Shown piece by piece: positions 27,101 to 41,318 of a DNA stretch of 64,000 bases. The stretch lies in the NCBI GenBank assembly GCA_044892525.1, contig CM097886.1, positions 122,264,001 to 122,328,000 on the forward strand, given 5' to 3'. Within the stretch, counting starts at the first letter, position 1, and every line of letters starts with the position of its first letter. The notes below the pieces were generated by a model, which saw only the letters and a program-made list of their open reading frames with translations, had not been told where the DNA came from and ran no database searches. Source of the stretch: Schmidtea polychroa (Eukaryota). A program made the position numbers and the translations under genes.

Positions 27101-28198
27101 GAATATGGATTATTTGAAGTTTTCCACAAATTATAATCGGAATAATACTATCTGGTCAATAAACAATACTTCATTTGTTAAATGATTCTAAATTTAGTGT
27201 CTAGCCGTGCCGTTATTTGGATAAGATTAGATCCGCCGGGTTACTGGCTTTACTGATTTACACGATTTACTGATTGGACTTGTGCCGGTATCTCTCACTA
27301 TTTTTCACCCGCTGCGATTAATTTTTGGAATATGCAAAAAAAATTATCTGATAGTTGCCGTGAAAGTTCTCAGGTGTCGATTGGACCCGCGTGCATTTGT
27401 TTAGAAATAGCGAGTAGACATTTGACTTAACATAATCAGTAGATAGATTGGTCCTTATGGCGTTCCCCTATTCGGCTAAAACGTCAATACGCGTGCTTCC
27501 ATATACAACTATATTCGGATCATCTGAGGCCTATCGTTCACGTTACCTGAAAATTTTACCCAACATTCGTGGTACACTCAAAAGTTAAAAGTACAAATCC
27601 GTTGTCACAAATCACGTTGAGATGGTCTGGGTGGTTACACACGTGCAGAAAATTGATTTTTCGTTGGCGATCATCATCCAGGGGTACCCCCTATCCTTAG
27701 AATCTGTCTGAAAAATTTGGTAGTAATTCCTATGACGGATTCATCATGGTTCGAAGTGATGTGACTTGGTTCATTATTTTCCTTCCATCCAACTAACTCA
27801 TAAAAATCTGGTTTTCAGTGGGAGCAAAAATGCTGCATCTTCACATAGAATCTCTAATTCGACGGTAAGACCTTGTGAATAGGGTTCGCGATTGTCCGGA
27901 TCATAGGTTTAGAGTTAGGTAAATTGATGCTAGAAGTAATTCTCGGAAGATCTGTGGTGACGGAAAGTGCCGCTTCTAGAAATCCTATCCTCAGAAAAAT
28001 GAACAAAGTGAGAGTTAGTCATTTTCATTTTTTGTTTTAATTCTCTGTTTAATTTATTATTATCTATTTATGGTGTTTCTTAATTTGTTTTTATAATTTT
28101 TAATTTATTTTTCTAATTTATTTATAATCTTTGTATTGTTTCCTAGTGTTTTTCCTCTGATTTTCTTAGGTTATCTCGTTTTTTATTTCAGCCCAACA
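24138..28198 (-). mobile_element. Solo LTR (4061 bp) of a giant gypsy subfamily
   Basis: Termini TGTTGGG...CCCAACA; 4-bp TSD GAAT at 24134-37 and 28199-202. The minus-strand start TGTTGGGCTGA is identical to the LTR start at 40895/63557. Contains a homolog of the 43390 ORF. Confidence 0.85.
24390..25060 (-). pseudogene. LTR-borne orphan coiled-coil gene, disrupted copy
   Basis: Aligns with 43390-44130 (FSPAQMKE..SRALRALIKEQSEALHKVY; KRR*PSRAER; FFDLDEIF). Nonsense codon at 24587 plus a frameshift; begins at a TTTTAG acceptor. Confidence 0.75.
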
Positions 28199-28571
28199 GA
28201 ATGCCAAACACGGCTGTTGCAATCAACCGCCTGCATACCCGTGTGGATGGGACACGTTGGTACTGCATGCAGGTTTACATGAGTGGCATATGCACCTAGA
28301 ATAATTCGGATAGCCGACAGAATGGCTTACGTCTTACTGTAAAACAAAGGCAACATGCTAAACCAGCTTTAAAGTATTACTATGAAATATTGGGATTCGC
28401 GTGGGTAACCGTTAGTCAAAAAAGAAACAATAAACATAAGTCGATTAGGTTATTTTATGATATAACTTATTCTAACATAACAAATATTTATTAACAGCAC
28501 AACTATTAACTGTACAATATAAAAATGGAGAGCAGTTTATCCAACTGGAAAGTTGGCGCGTTAAGGTTTAA

Positions 28572-28669
28572 TTATTTTTTCATAAGTGGTACAAATTCTT
28601 CTTTAAACCATTCTTCAAACCAGAATGTTGTTATCCAAACTGTTTTTGCGCCCTGTAATAAACGATAAG

Positions 28670-28736
<67 letters not shown>

Positions 28737-29400
28737 TTTTAAATGCTCTCGGTTTTTCATATTTTCCTATTACAAAAAAGGGAGTTTATGGTCATCACTT
28801 GCATTTGAACACAAACCAACTGTAATTATTTCTTTGTTAATTTTATATCACTCTCTGATTTTTCAAATGTCGGAACCAAGGTAGTCCGAAGAAGCATCTT
28901 ATAATTCATAACCGCTCTCGTCCATGTTGTATACTTGTTCTGGTTTTAACCCTTCTACTTTTACATACTCACAAAATTCTGCAATAAACCTTTCTGATGA
29001 ATCATAAACAGCAGATAATTTCTCTCCGTGTATATTTACTGAATGAGTTCCATGACGATTCTTCCAATTGGTCAAACACCAATCACTAGCTGTGAATTCA
29101 TCTTCTGAGCTATCGTTATTGATAATTTTGTTTTTACACATCAGTTTTCTTGATTTAAAATATCACAAACGAGCTTTAAATCATCAATTTCATTGTTATT
29201 ATAATAGTTGGCTCACATGAAAATCCATTGTTAAGAACACTCATTTTATTATATAAAAATAACGCATTTTCCTTTAATATATGTGTCCGCTTATAGGAGT
29301 TCCTCTTCTACGCTCTTGACAAAGCATTATCAAGGTGTCACGTATTTTGACTTCTTCATTGCACTATTTGATTTACTCGATATTTCGCTAGAATCAGCAT
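28572..29400 (-). mobile_element. pogo/Tigger (JRK-like) transposase relic
   Basis: FTASDWCLTNWKNRHG..IHGEKLSA..PEQVYNMDESG; FEEWFKEEFVP. Confidence 0.8.
28674..28733. repeat. (TA)n microsatellite
   Basis: About 30 TA units. Confidence 0.95.
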
Positions 29401-31457
29401 TTTTGATGAAGTTAGAGAGTTTGAGATTTTAATTTAATTCTATGTAGCAAAATAAAAAGGTGAACTCTAACATAAGAACTGCTAATGACCTGATGCGTCT
29501 CTGGGTTCATGGGCTTACCGTAGAAGGTGTAACGCCATATTTTTCTCCTGTTCCCTCTTAATTTTACTATTTATTCCTAGCCTTTTTTCTTTGAGTATTC
29601 TCTTAGATTTCTGTGTTAGGAAAACTAATTTAATGTGATTCTAAAGAGTACGAAATACGATATTTATTTAATCTGTGATCTCTGTAGAAAGGACTGTTTA
29701 GCAATGGAAATGTCGCGACGAAAAAGCTGAAATTTTGTTTGTCCGAATATTCACTCGTCTGTCTCTTAATTTTTTGCCTCTACTTTGCTATTTTGTCAAT
29801 GTTATTCTGACTTGGTCACTAATTTTATCATTTTTTTTTCAAGATTTCACCTGTTTGATTTTTTATTTAAAACGATACTTTCTAATATTTTTTTTAAATT
29901 TCTTGCGTTTTTTTGTTATATAATTAATTTATTTCCCATTTTTCTATTTTCTATTTATTTTTCATTTTTTTTCTTTCCCTTTTGATCTTAATTTATTAAA
30001 TTTTATTTCTTTTTTCCTCGCAGGTTTTCGTTAGAACTTCGTCCCATTTTAACAAAATCATATTTTTCCTTAGTTTTTGCCCAATATTTAGTCTCAATTT
30101 GAGCTCGATTCCTATATTTGATTTTATTTTATATTTGACTTACTTACCATTAATACTGAACAAACAACTAACTTATTTTAACTCTACGTATTAGGAAAGC
30201 AATTGAAACTATTTTTACTTCTTAGCCTAGACTAAACATAATAATTTTATAGAAATCTATAATCATAAAAACCCTAATAAAATATATTTACTGAACAAAT
30301 CCATAATTGCTAATATATATTTCTTACCATTTTCGTTTTAAATGGCCCACAAAAGTCTATTATGGTAGTTTCAAACAGTGCTGGTATTTCGTGTTTCATT
30401 ATCGTCTCTTTGGTAGCTGTTGTTTTTTTGCAGTTTTCACAGCGTTGGATCATCTTTATAACGTCTTCATTTTTATTTTTCATATCAAAATTAGAAGATA
30501 TATAATTATTAACTTTTTTTACTGCTATAATATTCGGTTTTTAAGTAAATTATGTTGTAAAATGTTAAATTAAGTAATACAAGGGATAAATAGGTAAATT
30601 AAGGATAAAAAGTAAATTAAATAATATTTGTAAACAAAGACTAAATTCAGTAAATAAATGGTTAAATTAAAATAAATTAAGATACAAATTTATAATCAGG
30701 TAATCAATAGTTTATAAAATTAAATTAAAGTCATATAAGTAAATTAAAGTTCAAATCTTTCAAATAAAGTCATCACTGAATTTAATTAAGTAAATTATGG
30801 GCAAATATTTTAAGTAAAGTAATAAATAGATTCAAATAAGTAATTTAAGTTTCAAATTTTAAATTAAATTAAATTAAGAGTTTGAAAAATTTAAATAAAG
30901 TAATTAAAGTACAACATTTAAAATTAAAGTGAATTATCGTCCAAATCTCTGAATCAAAGCAAATTAAGGTTCAGATTTTTGAAATAAAGTAAATTATGGT
31001 ATTAATTTTTAAATTAAAGTAATCAGTCAGTTGAATTTAGTAAATTAGGGTCCATAATTTTGAATATAATTATATAAGGTTCAGATTTTTGAATCAGAAA
31101 ATAAATTTTAATTTAACCATTATATTTTCATTATATAAACTTAAATTAAAGTGAATTATCGTCCAAATCTCTGAATCAATAATTAAATTAAAGTAAGATT
31201 TTTAAATTTATTATGAAATATTTTTCAGAATCAATTTAAAATGGAAATTTTTATTAAATTAATTTCAAATTCAATTTAAGATGAAAGTTTTTATGAAATA
31301 TTTTTCAATGTTAATTTTAGATGCAAATCTCTGTTAAGTAATAATTCACTACATGAAATTATTGGTTAAATATGTAAATAAGGGTTATATTCGGTTTTTA
31401 AGTAAATTATGTTGTAAAATGTTAAATTAAGTAATACAAGGGATAAATAGGTAAATT

Positions 31458-32318
31458 AAACTTTGGATTCTTGGTTCATTTTCTCAGATTTTGCACAGAT
31501 TCTTCGGGTTTCAATGGTATTTGGGTTTGGATTCTTTCTTTGATTTTCAAAGATTTTGAAAAAATAATAATTGTTTTTATTAAATTTATTGAAATTTAAT
31601 AAAACTTTGGATTCTTGGTTCATTTTCTCAGATTTTGCACAGATTCTTCGGGTTTCAATGGTATTTGGGTTTGGATTCTTTCTCTGATTTTCAAAGATTT
31701 TGAAAAAATAATAATTGTTTTTATTAAATTTATTGAAATTTAATAAAACTTTGGATTCTTGGTTCATTTTCTCAGATTTTGCACAGATTCTTCGGGTTTC
31801 AATGGTATTTGGGTTTGGATTCTTTCTCCGATTTTCAAACATTTTGAAAATATAATAATTGTTTTTATTAAATTTATTGAAATTTAATTAAACTTTGGAT
31901 TCTTGGTTGATTTTCTCAGATTTTGGACAAATTCTTCGGGTTTCAATGGTATTTGGGTTTGGATTCTTTCTCTGATTTTCAAACTTTCTGAAAATATAAT
32001 AATTGTTTTTATTAAATTTATTGAAATTTAATAAAACTTTGGATTCTTGGTTCATTTTCTTAGATTTTGTACAGATTCTTCGGGTTTCAATGGTATTTGG
32101 GTTTGGATTCTTTCTCTGATTTTCAAAGATTTTGAAAAAATAATAATTGTTTTTATTAAATTTATTGAAATTTAATAAAACTTCGGATTCTTGGTTCATT
32201 TTCTCAGATTTTGGACAGATTCTTCGGGTTTCAATGGTATTTGGGTTTGGATTCTTTCTCTGATTTTCAAACTTTCTGAAAAAATAATAATTGTTTTTAT
32301 TAAATTTATTGAAATTTA
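31458..32318. repeat. 144-bp tandem repeat x6
   Basis: CTT(T/C)GGATTC anchors at 31461, 31605, 31749, 31893, 32037 and 32181; few substitutions. Confidence 0.95.
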
Positions 32319-32478
32319 TTGAAGTAAGCGATGTTGATATGTTGCCTTCATGCGTGTGACCTTGTTCTTCGTTGCTGGTAACGATACGATTTCCTTTTGT
32401 CAGGTGAGATTGGCAGTTGAATCGTTGAAATATCTTGCAGCGCCAATATATCTGTCCATTGTTATTTTCGGGGGACCG

Positions 32479-33260
32479 TACCTGTATCGTAATATGACTT
32501 CTTACCTATATCGTAAAGATAGAAGTGGACCAATATCGTAAAAGTTAAAAATGGAACAATATTGCAAAATTGAAAAATGGACCTATATCGTAATCCTTGT
32601 TTAATCTGTATATTATAAAATAGATGGAAATTGTAATACTTATTTAATATTTATAATGTAAAATCACTCACATAAAATAACTAAAAATAAAATTTATTTT
32701 TCAAACATTGCTTCAAGGACGTCCTTTTCACTTGACTTTGAGTTACACGAATGTTTTTTTGTCTCCAAAAGTACTGAAATGTCTGTGATTGGTAAGCAAA
32801 TCTTGGCACGGCCTTTGCATTTGTAGTTTGAGCCGTAGTGTCTGCACTTTAAATGGAGAATTTTTTCAATGTATATATAATCCTTCACATAGCCATTGTC
32901 TCCACTCCAGTAAAGTTTTGAATTTTTTCTCTCACCTTCAATGATTTTAAACTCCATGTTGAATGAAGGAGTCCCCGATTGAAGTTTATTTATTTCAATT
33001 ATTTATGTTAATAAATTATAATTAATAATTAATAATTAAATTCATTAACAAATGAAAAATTTATTGGATCATTAGTATACTCATTTAATTGGGATTGCAG
33101 GATATTTTTTTGTTTTTTAATTTACGATATTAATTAATATTTCTTGTTACAATATAAAAGAAGAAATTAAATTACGATATTAATTAACATTGCTTCTTAC
33201 GATACAGAATTTTCACGATATAATTCCCATATTACGATAAGTTTTTTTACGATACAGGTA
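32479..33260 (-). mobile_element. Non-autonomous Mutator-like element with FLYWCH fragment
   Basis: Inverted ends TACCTGTATCGTAA / TTACGATACAGGTA with several subterminal TATCGTAA motifs. ORF 32694-32957 reads LYWSGDNGY..LKCRHYG..KCKGRA..H. No TSD found. Confidence 0.7.
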
Positions 33261-33499
33261 GTGGCAATCGTTTTATATATTCAAAATTTCCTCGTATTAC
33301 TGTCGGGCGTCCTTTAGTTGACGCTGCAAAAGTAAAACTTTCCATTTTTACACACGCTTTTTTAAAACAAATTTTATATGATTTAAACAATAAATTAATA
33401 TTGAGGAGCATTAACGCTTACTAAATACCATTCATTTAATTAATAAATCGATAATCAATTATTTGTCATTTTTTGTAAATTTAGAACTTCCCCATTTAA

Positions 33500-34600
33500 T
33501 AATTTTTGACTCTAACTTTTTAAATCATCTAATGCTTTTTAGCTTGTTAATATAATTATTTATTTGTGATTAAGTGTTGCGGGATTATCTGTCGCTATGA
33601 TTAACTGTCAAGGAGCCCCGTATCTAATATAAATTCTTTGGAGAAATCAGGATACGCTAAAATTGGTGTTTTCATAATTTTATTTTGAGACTCTAAAAAG
33701 CGGACTCACACTCCATATTAATTTGTTACTATTACTATCTCAAATTGTTTCCAACGGTTTAGCGAATTATGTATAATTTTTAATGAAAGTATTGTAGTTT
33801 TTTTAATACATTTTTTCCGTCTATATTCCTTTAGTGCACCTATTTTATTCTCTTCCGTTCAAATGCCTTATTTATTTATTATATGTCCTAGGAATTTTGT
33901 TTCTTTTAAAAAATGGCATTTATCTTTACTTAATTTTCACTCCACTTCCTTTATTTTTTCAAATAATTACTTATTCGATTTAAATGTTCTTCTTTTGTTT
34001 GCGAAAAAATTAGTATGTCATCTAAATATACTACAGCTTCCTTCCAATTTAAGAGTCCAATACTTTATTCATCAGCTTCTGAAAGGTTGTGGGAGCTACA
34101 ACAATCCCTAAAAGCATTCCTTTGAAGCAATATTGTTCATTTTTTGTCGCAAAAGCCGTATTTAATTTAGGCTTACTTTAATTATACCTAGTAATATGCA
34201 TTAGCTAATTCTAATGTCGTTAAATATTTTGAGTTGTTCAAAATAACCATAATTTCATTTGTATTGAGTATCGGAAATATTGGGCACTGGGGTTCCAGAT
34301 TAAGAGCTCAAAAGTGCAAACCAATTATAATATCGTTCTTTCCCTTTTTTTAACAGACTAAAGGGGAATTCCATGGAAATTCACACTTTTCGATGATTCC
34401 ATTCTTTTTCATTTCTATAATATTTTCATCGATTTTACTTACTAAATGCAATGGTTGTCCTCTCGGATTAATCGTTATACGAGGTCCTGTCGTTATAATT
34501 TCGTGTTTTACCATAGATGTTTTTTTATTAATATCCCATTTGTGTTTCATAAATATCTTTCAGAAGTTTTTTAATTCTTTCATCTAATATTTCTTTACTC
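33500..34600 (-). pseudogene. Degenerate Ty3/gypsy pol relic
   Basis: RT N-terminus (VKHEIITTG..EMKKNGIIEKCEFPWNSPLV), followed by decayed RT/IN-like sequence with many stops. Confidence 0.7.
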
Positions 34601-34989
34601 TCTTCCATATAATTAATATATTGTTTCCTATCTGTACACATTTTTAGATTAATATTAAGATTAATTTAGATTAATTTCCAATATTTATGATTAATATAGT
34701 CATTGCCAACGCTGTTATCTTGCTTCCGTTTGCACATTTTAATTCCAAATTGGCTTTTTCTATTTATAGTTTTGTTGGTTTTTCTATTACAGTGTTTCCT
34801 CAAATATAAGTCTCGGTCTTATATTTATTTCATAGCCTAAAACGAATTGGGTTTTATTTTTGTGAAGAAAACCAAAAGTACAAAACATGTTTATTATTAT
34901 CAAGATTTATGCAATCAAAATTGTTTATTTTCTAAACAAGAGAATCATTCATTAACAAAAAAACATTTATTAAATAGAAACGTGAAACC

Positions 34990-36230
34990 TTTATTCTAAC
35001 ACCATCATTTCATGCTCTTCTGGGACGTCGTCATAACACATCGAACCTCGAATGTCAAACTGTATTTCTTGCAAATGGATCTCTGTTAACTTTCTTCGAA
35101 GGAACAATTCCTGTCCAAATATCCTGTACGAAGGGTATTGGCAACCCATGAATTATTTACCCATTTCACGATTTGTCAGGTTTTTGTTTAATAAAGTTTC
35201 CACGTTGGTTTCTAACCATTCTATATTCGATGTATTCATTAACTTCAATCCGCAAATAATCCTTGAACGGTTTGTTGATGACAAGATCTAAAGATTATAG
35301 GTATGAAGTAATTCGAGTGTGAATCATTATTTTATCAATTCTTCTCTTGTCCAGAAATTGTTTCATGTCTTTGGCACGATGAGTGCTGGCCGGATCCCAT
35401 ATCAAAAGACCTATTTGAAAACCTCTAAGAATAGATGGCAGAATTAAATGAATCTATTGTCTAGTAATAGCTTAAGTACATCATGCTTTTCCGTTTGAAA
35501 AACATAAATTCCTGAAACCTTTTGCATTTTGTATCTCTTGCCTTTTGCAATTATAAGTTGTGGAACTTTTGTTCCATCAAAGCGAATTGCCAAAACACAG
35601 TTAACTCTTGCACTTTCGTATCCAGTTGAAGAAACGAAGATCGACGACACACCTCTGTTTTCAACAGTAGTTTTTGTTTATTGGCCCATGTATACTGAAG
35701 TTTCATCCATTGCAAATATACTGGAGAGATTATTTTGAAAAAAGTCGATGGTATCAAAGTGCTTGAATGCAAGTGTACGTTTAATCACTTCAACGTCTAA
35801 TTTGAATAATTTTGTCGTTCTACGCAAAGAAAGCTCATATCACTGAAAGAAGTTATTCAACCAACCTTGCGATGCTTTGAATATCTCTGGGGATATATCA
35901 AAATGTGTTGCTGTTACAATAGCAAATGCTTGAATATCCGCTCTGCTTACAACTAAAGCTCTTGATCTTCTGTCCGCAAATGCAATCATAGGTGATATCT
36001 TCTAGTTCTGAAAATGACGGTTGCGGACCTGATCCTAACTTGAGTTTTTTAGCATTTCCCTCCTCCACCTGTTTATTGAGATTATCATACTGTGCTCGCC
36101 ATTTACGAACCAATCGTAAATCCAACATTTTGTAGAAAGCCGTAAGATTTTTATTCTGTGATTCTTCGACGATTCCCTTCTTGTACTTGACGGGATAACT
36201 TTCTTTTTGCACTCATCTTATTGGATGACA
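34990..36230 (-). mobile_element. pogo-like transposase pseudogene (N-terminal HTH plus DDE)
   Basis: SYPVKYKKGIVE..LVRKWRAQ..GSGPQP; IDDTPL; TGYESARVNCVLAIRFDGTK; several frameshifts. Confidence 0.8.
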
Positions 36231-37149
36231 AAATATTATTGTTTCTAAATTTATAATTAAAATAAAGCGTAATTTTATTTAACACTTATGAAACAGCGGA
36301 AAGAACAAACAATAACACCAGCCTTTGATTGACGGGCAGCACAGCGGGTTAAACTTGTGAAAAACACGTCAAGGTTTGATTTAATTTAATTGTTCATTAG
36401 ATCATATTTTCGAAGTAGGTCTTATATTAAAACTATTCTGAATAATCGTTGGTGAATTATGAGCTCAATGCGCGTCTGTGTGCGCACACAGACGCGAGCA
36501 ATGTCATTTTTGTGTTGGGTTGTTAGATGATCTCGCGTCTGTGTGCGCTTTTCTTTTCTTTGTTTTTGGCTGTGTGCGCACACAGACGCGAGCAATAGGT
36601 ATTTCAATATGTTATGAATTAGTTAGTTTTTTTTTTGTAATTTTAGAGTTGGAATTTTATCGACGTTTTGAATGAATGATGATTAATTTGAATACATGTG
36701 ACTATTGCAATAAAGAGAGTTGTTAAAAGATGGCTGCTGTTAATTATGATTCAAACAATATGATCCAGGATAAATGTTCTTTGGAATCGGATAACGTTAA
36801 TGGTGTTTTTGGCCAACTAATATTAAATTTATTTGGTGGATGGATTTCCGTTGGTATTCGATGCAATTATTGTGATGTAGTAGCTACACAAAGAAAGGTT
36901 CCAGATAAAATGATTGAGAAGAGTTCAGCTACAAGATTGTTTAATATTACTGAAAGTACTGGAGGTGTCATGACTGGTATGATCCCTGATTATCGATCTC
37001 AAGTTACTACTTCAAAAATGAAGGTTGTGGGCAATACCACGCAGGAAAACCAGGCTGCCTTGATTTCCATAGCCAGAGACAATATTTTGGATACGTACAT
37101 TGGAGTCACGGTACTTCATTCGACTTGGTTCTGTTGCATAACCACCAAG

Positions 37150-38640
37150 TGATTGATCAATGACGGTGTTCTCTCTTCAGAACATTCAGAAATCTCCATA
37201 GATTTGGGTGACAAGCCCCGACTGCCGATATCATCCTTCGACGCTGTTGTTTGTACGTGACAGATCATTATTGACTCGGCTGTTAATGTTCCAAACTTCA
37301 TGAGGAAATAGCGGAGGAGCTCGGTTGCCTCGCCTTCTTCCAATGTAGTTTTCGAAATAATCGATCACTTTCAGCACGTCATCATCGATTATGGATTCAT
37401 GCAGTTTGTCGAACACATTCAGAAGATCATCAACAGGAACAAATGCGAGACCTGGTATTGTTCTGATTGACAACGAGAATTTTGCATCTTCCTGATATTT
37501 TTGCTGAAATCCAAGAAACTATACCTTGTTGTTAATGATAAATTGCAGCTGAACTTCACTAAAGACTTCGACCACCGAATTCATTGCTGCTTTCTCGTAA
37601 TCCATCATAACTGATGAAGGTGTAATGTTTGGAACCATTGCCTTTATTTCCTGAAACAATCGATGATATGTTTCAGTGGTTTTATTTGGCAAGAGACAGT
37701 AGAGGTAAAGAATGACATCATCACTGACAAGTGCATGAACAGTACACAGCTGGAAGAACAACTCGGGCACCACCGAAAATGTGCTATCCATAAAGCAATT
37801 AGGAGATTGAGCCAATAGGGCAACGGTACGATCAGTGCCGAATATCAATATTATGTTGTCATCTCCAATGCCACTATCAAACTACAGAAAATTTTCTCCA
37901 TTTGCTAATGTCTTGTACTCATCAGATAATTCAACAGTTGCTCGATCAGTTGGAATAGCAGGTGGTGGTCCAGCCGCCTGACGAACTCGTCTTACTTGTC
38001 GACGAATGTGACGTAGTGGTACCATCTGAATTGCAGCTCCTTGTGACTGATACTTTGCATCTCACGACCGAGAATCTGGTACGGTGCTTCTTCTGTTTCT
38101 ATTGCTCTCTTCGTAATGTTATGTCTAACTGTCAACACTTCACACCTCGCTGAATCTGGTGTATGTGTATGGTCATGCAATGAGCCGATCACTACTTCAT
38201 CTTTAACTTTAATCTTCGCGTTGCACTCAGACAATCCTGCACCAGTTCCACGACGTTTCTCACATTCGTAACTAATAACGCCATCAACTAGTTTATTCTG
38301 TGTAACATACACATATCTATTGTACATAATCTTTTGTTTTCCACCTATACTTTCAACTTTATGCATGATTACTTATTTCTAGAATTATTATTTCGATTAT
38401 GTCATGAAATAAATTTTCTGTCTTTATATATAAGTGGAGATGGACTGGAGAGACTTGGTGTCAAATAGTAATTTGAATTTATATACATAAATATTTATTG
38501 ATAAATTTAATTAAATAATACTTTATTGAGTAGAAAACCTGAAATTATTATATAAATGATTGTGAGAAATGGCAAGGGGGAAAAGGGCTGGGGGGGAATG
38601 TCCAGGGAGGAATGACAGGGGCAAATATCCTAGATTCATA
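37150..38640 (-). mobile_element. MULE transposase pseudogene (FLYWCH plus MULE DDE)
   Basis: YNRYVY..YECEKRR..CNAKI..HDHTH; FMDSTF..QLCTVH..MMDYEKA; RTNNSVEG; G-rich terminal repeats at about 38570-38635. Confidence 0.85.
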
Positions 38641-38717
38641 TTAATCACAATATTAAGAGATTTAACAATCATCATAAGCCAATAATTCAAGCATTCAAAT
38701 AATTCAATACTTTAAAG

Positions 38718-39536
38718 CAGGGATGCACAGACTTTTCAGTATGGGTGCCACATTTTCTAATAATACATTCTATGAGGGCCACATTTAGAAAAAAACACCT
38801 AATTTGTAAAATTTTAAATTATAACCCGGTTTCTATATACAAAAAATGCATTTTAATTTAGTTGAAATAATTAATTTAATTTTTTTTTGGAGCAATATGA
38901 CATTGTTTTTTATTAACAATTTTTAAAATATTTGGTGTCAAGTTTGTTGTTGCCAAACGTAGAATTGAATGTAAATTATTATTTGAAAGGCGGTTACGTT
39001 GCTTCGACTTGTTCATGTTCATAACAGAGAACGTTTGTTCGCATACGTATGTTGAACCAAATAAAGATGCAATGTATGCTACTTTTTGAATTAAATTAGG
39101 ATATGCCACTTTTTGTAAACATTTATAGAAATTTTGAAGATCGCTTTCGTTAAATTTATTACGAAGCTGATCAGATGACTGCAAATCGATGAGTTCTAAT
39201 TGGATATCTTGATTAACTTCATCGATATTAACTGAAAACGGATCAGCAAATAGCTGGAAATCAGTTTTCGTTTTTTTGAAATCAGCAAATCTTGATTCAA
39301 AAACATTTTTCAGTAACTGAATTTTACTTACGCAAAAATCATAGTCCGCGGAGTGTCGTGGAAAATATTTTTGACATGTAGGAAAATGATGCAAAATTTA
39401 TTTTTTAGTGCTGCAATTTCTGAAAATTTTTTATATAAATATTTAAATAAATATATTAAATAAATATACACGAAGGCCGCACAAATTATTCAAAAGGGCC
39501 GCATGTGGCCTGCGGGCCGCACTTTGTGCATCCCTG
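38718..39536 (-). mobile_element. Internally deleted hAT (GTF2IRD2/SPIN/Buster-like)
   Basis: TIRs CAGGGATGCACA / TGTGCATCCCTG; perfect 8-bp TSD CTTTAAAG. ORF 38876-39394 is a transposase C-terminus (FGSTYVCEQTFSVMN). Confidence 0.93.
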
Positions 39537-39595
39537 CTTTAAAGGCTAAAAATTTAAACTTGTCCAAAAAGCAAAATTTTTTCTTCCAAAATCAT

Positions 39596-39856
39596 TTAAA
39601 TCTTCATTTCTTTTATTTTCCCCATTATTTTATTGTTAAAGCTTTCAACGTGTTGGGTATGCACTCCTGTAATTGGACACACAAAATGGTATTTGTGAGC
39701 AACTGTGGCATGTTTAAAACAATTTACCGAATTTACTTTAGCATAAGAAGCCCATTCATCAGTGTGAATGATTGAACCTTTTCTAACCACACTGTTGATA
39801 ATGGGCAATAGAATATTCCTTGACTGATTTGGAAAAATTTCAATATAGTAGTTCAA
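39596..39856 (-). pseudogene. Merlin/IS1595-like (ISXO2) transposase fragment
   Basis: GSIIHTDEWASY..HATVAHKYHFV..GVHTQHVES. Confidence 0.85.
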
Positions 39857-41228
39857 ATGTCATAAACAAGGATATTGTACATCTTTAATTAATTGTACAT
39901 CTTATTAAACAAGATTTTATTCTCAAAAATAATTTTATATCAATCAGCCATTTGGATTTAATACATTTATGTGGAAGATGTTTGTTCAAATTTTTTATAG
40001 CTGGGTTGTAATCAAATATTCAATTTTTAGTTCTTCAATTTATTACACAAATCATCCATTGTTCTTTTTTGTTTCATCGTTTATTTTTCAAACTCTTTTA
40101 TTTTACAAAACTATTTTCACATTCACGTTAGTCGGTTAAATGTAATGTCTCGTTTATGATTTACAATTTTTCTGCTTTTAAATATTGTTCCCACACACAA
40201 TTTATCATTTCCATCTAAATAATGCTCAATTAATTCAGTATATAATTCAATTATCCAAACTTCGTATATTTTTGGATTATAGGAAATTTATTATTTCAGT
40301 TAATAAAGAAAGGAGATTTTACCCTGTAATTCTCGGGTAGTTCGAGAGCTGTTCATGATCTATGCTATGTTAGAAAAATAGTATGATGATGGTAAACTTG
40401 ATTAAACAAGATATTAGGGTAATCCTGTAGTTACACATTTCTTGAAGGAATATTTAAATACGATATTCCTAAAACTTTCAAACACCACCTTTTCCATTAT
40501 ATATTATAGTTAACCACTTGTACTGCGTAACTTTATATTATTAAGATTAAATGTACGTTAATGAAATTATTAGTATATATTTCTAATTTCAGTATTAACC
40601 AAATGAAATAGTTTTAAAGATTAAAATTTATAAACATAAAAAATGAAAAGTTTTAATATAAAAATTTTAAATGCCGATTTATATCATCAGTTTCCTGGAA
40701 CCGTGTCTACTTATGATTGATTTTGGATTTACTATTTTGAAAAAATTTAAATTGATAAGATTGTTAAATATTATTATTGATAAAAGATTCACAGCTATTA
40801 ATCAAAAATTAAGGTAATGACTAAATTTAAATTGCTGAATTTATAAAAATTCGTATTACAAATAACAAAACTAATTAAAATTAAAACAAAGAAATGTTGG
40901 GCTGAGTCGAAGGGTATCGGAGAGATTAGGTTAAGCATAACGAAACTAAAATTAAAAATAAAAATAAAATAAACAAATCTACGAAACAAAGTAGAAAGGA
41001 AATAAGAAAAATAATAATTAGAAAATAAGAATTAAAACAAAAAAATATAAAAACACGAAAAATTGAAATAGGACAATAAAATGACGGAAAATGACGTAAA
41101 ATGCAGTAAATAATAAGGAAATTAAAGAAAATAAATAAAAAATACAATAAAAATAAGGAAAATAGGAGGAAATAGCTCAAAAACAAGGAAAACAAATTAA
41201 AGTAATAAAAATAAGCGGTACTCCATTC

Positions 41229-41318
41229 TGATTGGTCCGCATAAATAGAAAACTAATATATAAGCAGACACTAAAATCATAACAATTACCGTTCATCTAA
41301 CCACTACATTAGGTAAGT
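41229..41318 (+). promoter_or_regulatory. LTR promoter (inverted CCAAT, TATA) and splice donor
   Basis: GATTGG at about 41230, TATATAAG at 41257, AG|GTAAGT donor at 41313. Same elements in the 3' LTR (donor at 63975). Confidence 0.55.

Noticed and set aside
29528-30054. Solo LTR bounded by TGT...ACA
   Set aside because: LTR-like composition but no matching TSD; boundaries unsupported.
36730-37152. 140-aa plus-strand ORF
   Set aside because: No recognisable motif; adjoins and overlaps the 3' end of the antisense MULE relic, so likely a shadow frame.
40926-41195. Hydrophobic 89-aa ORF (also 63588-63857, 29735-29985)
   Set aside because: Translation of T-rich low-complexity LTR strands.
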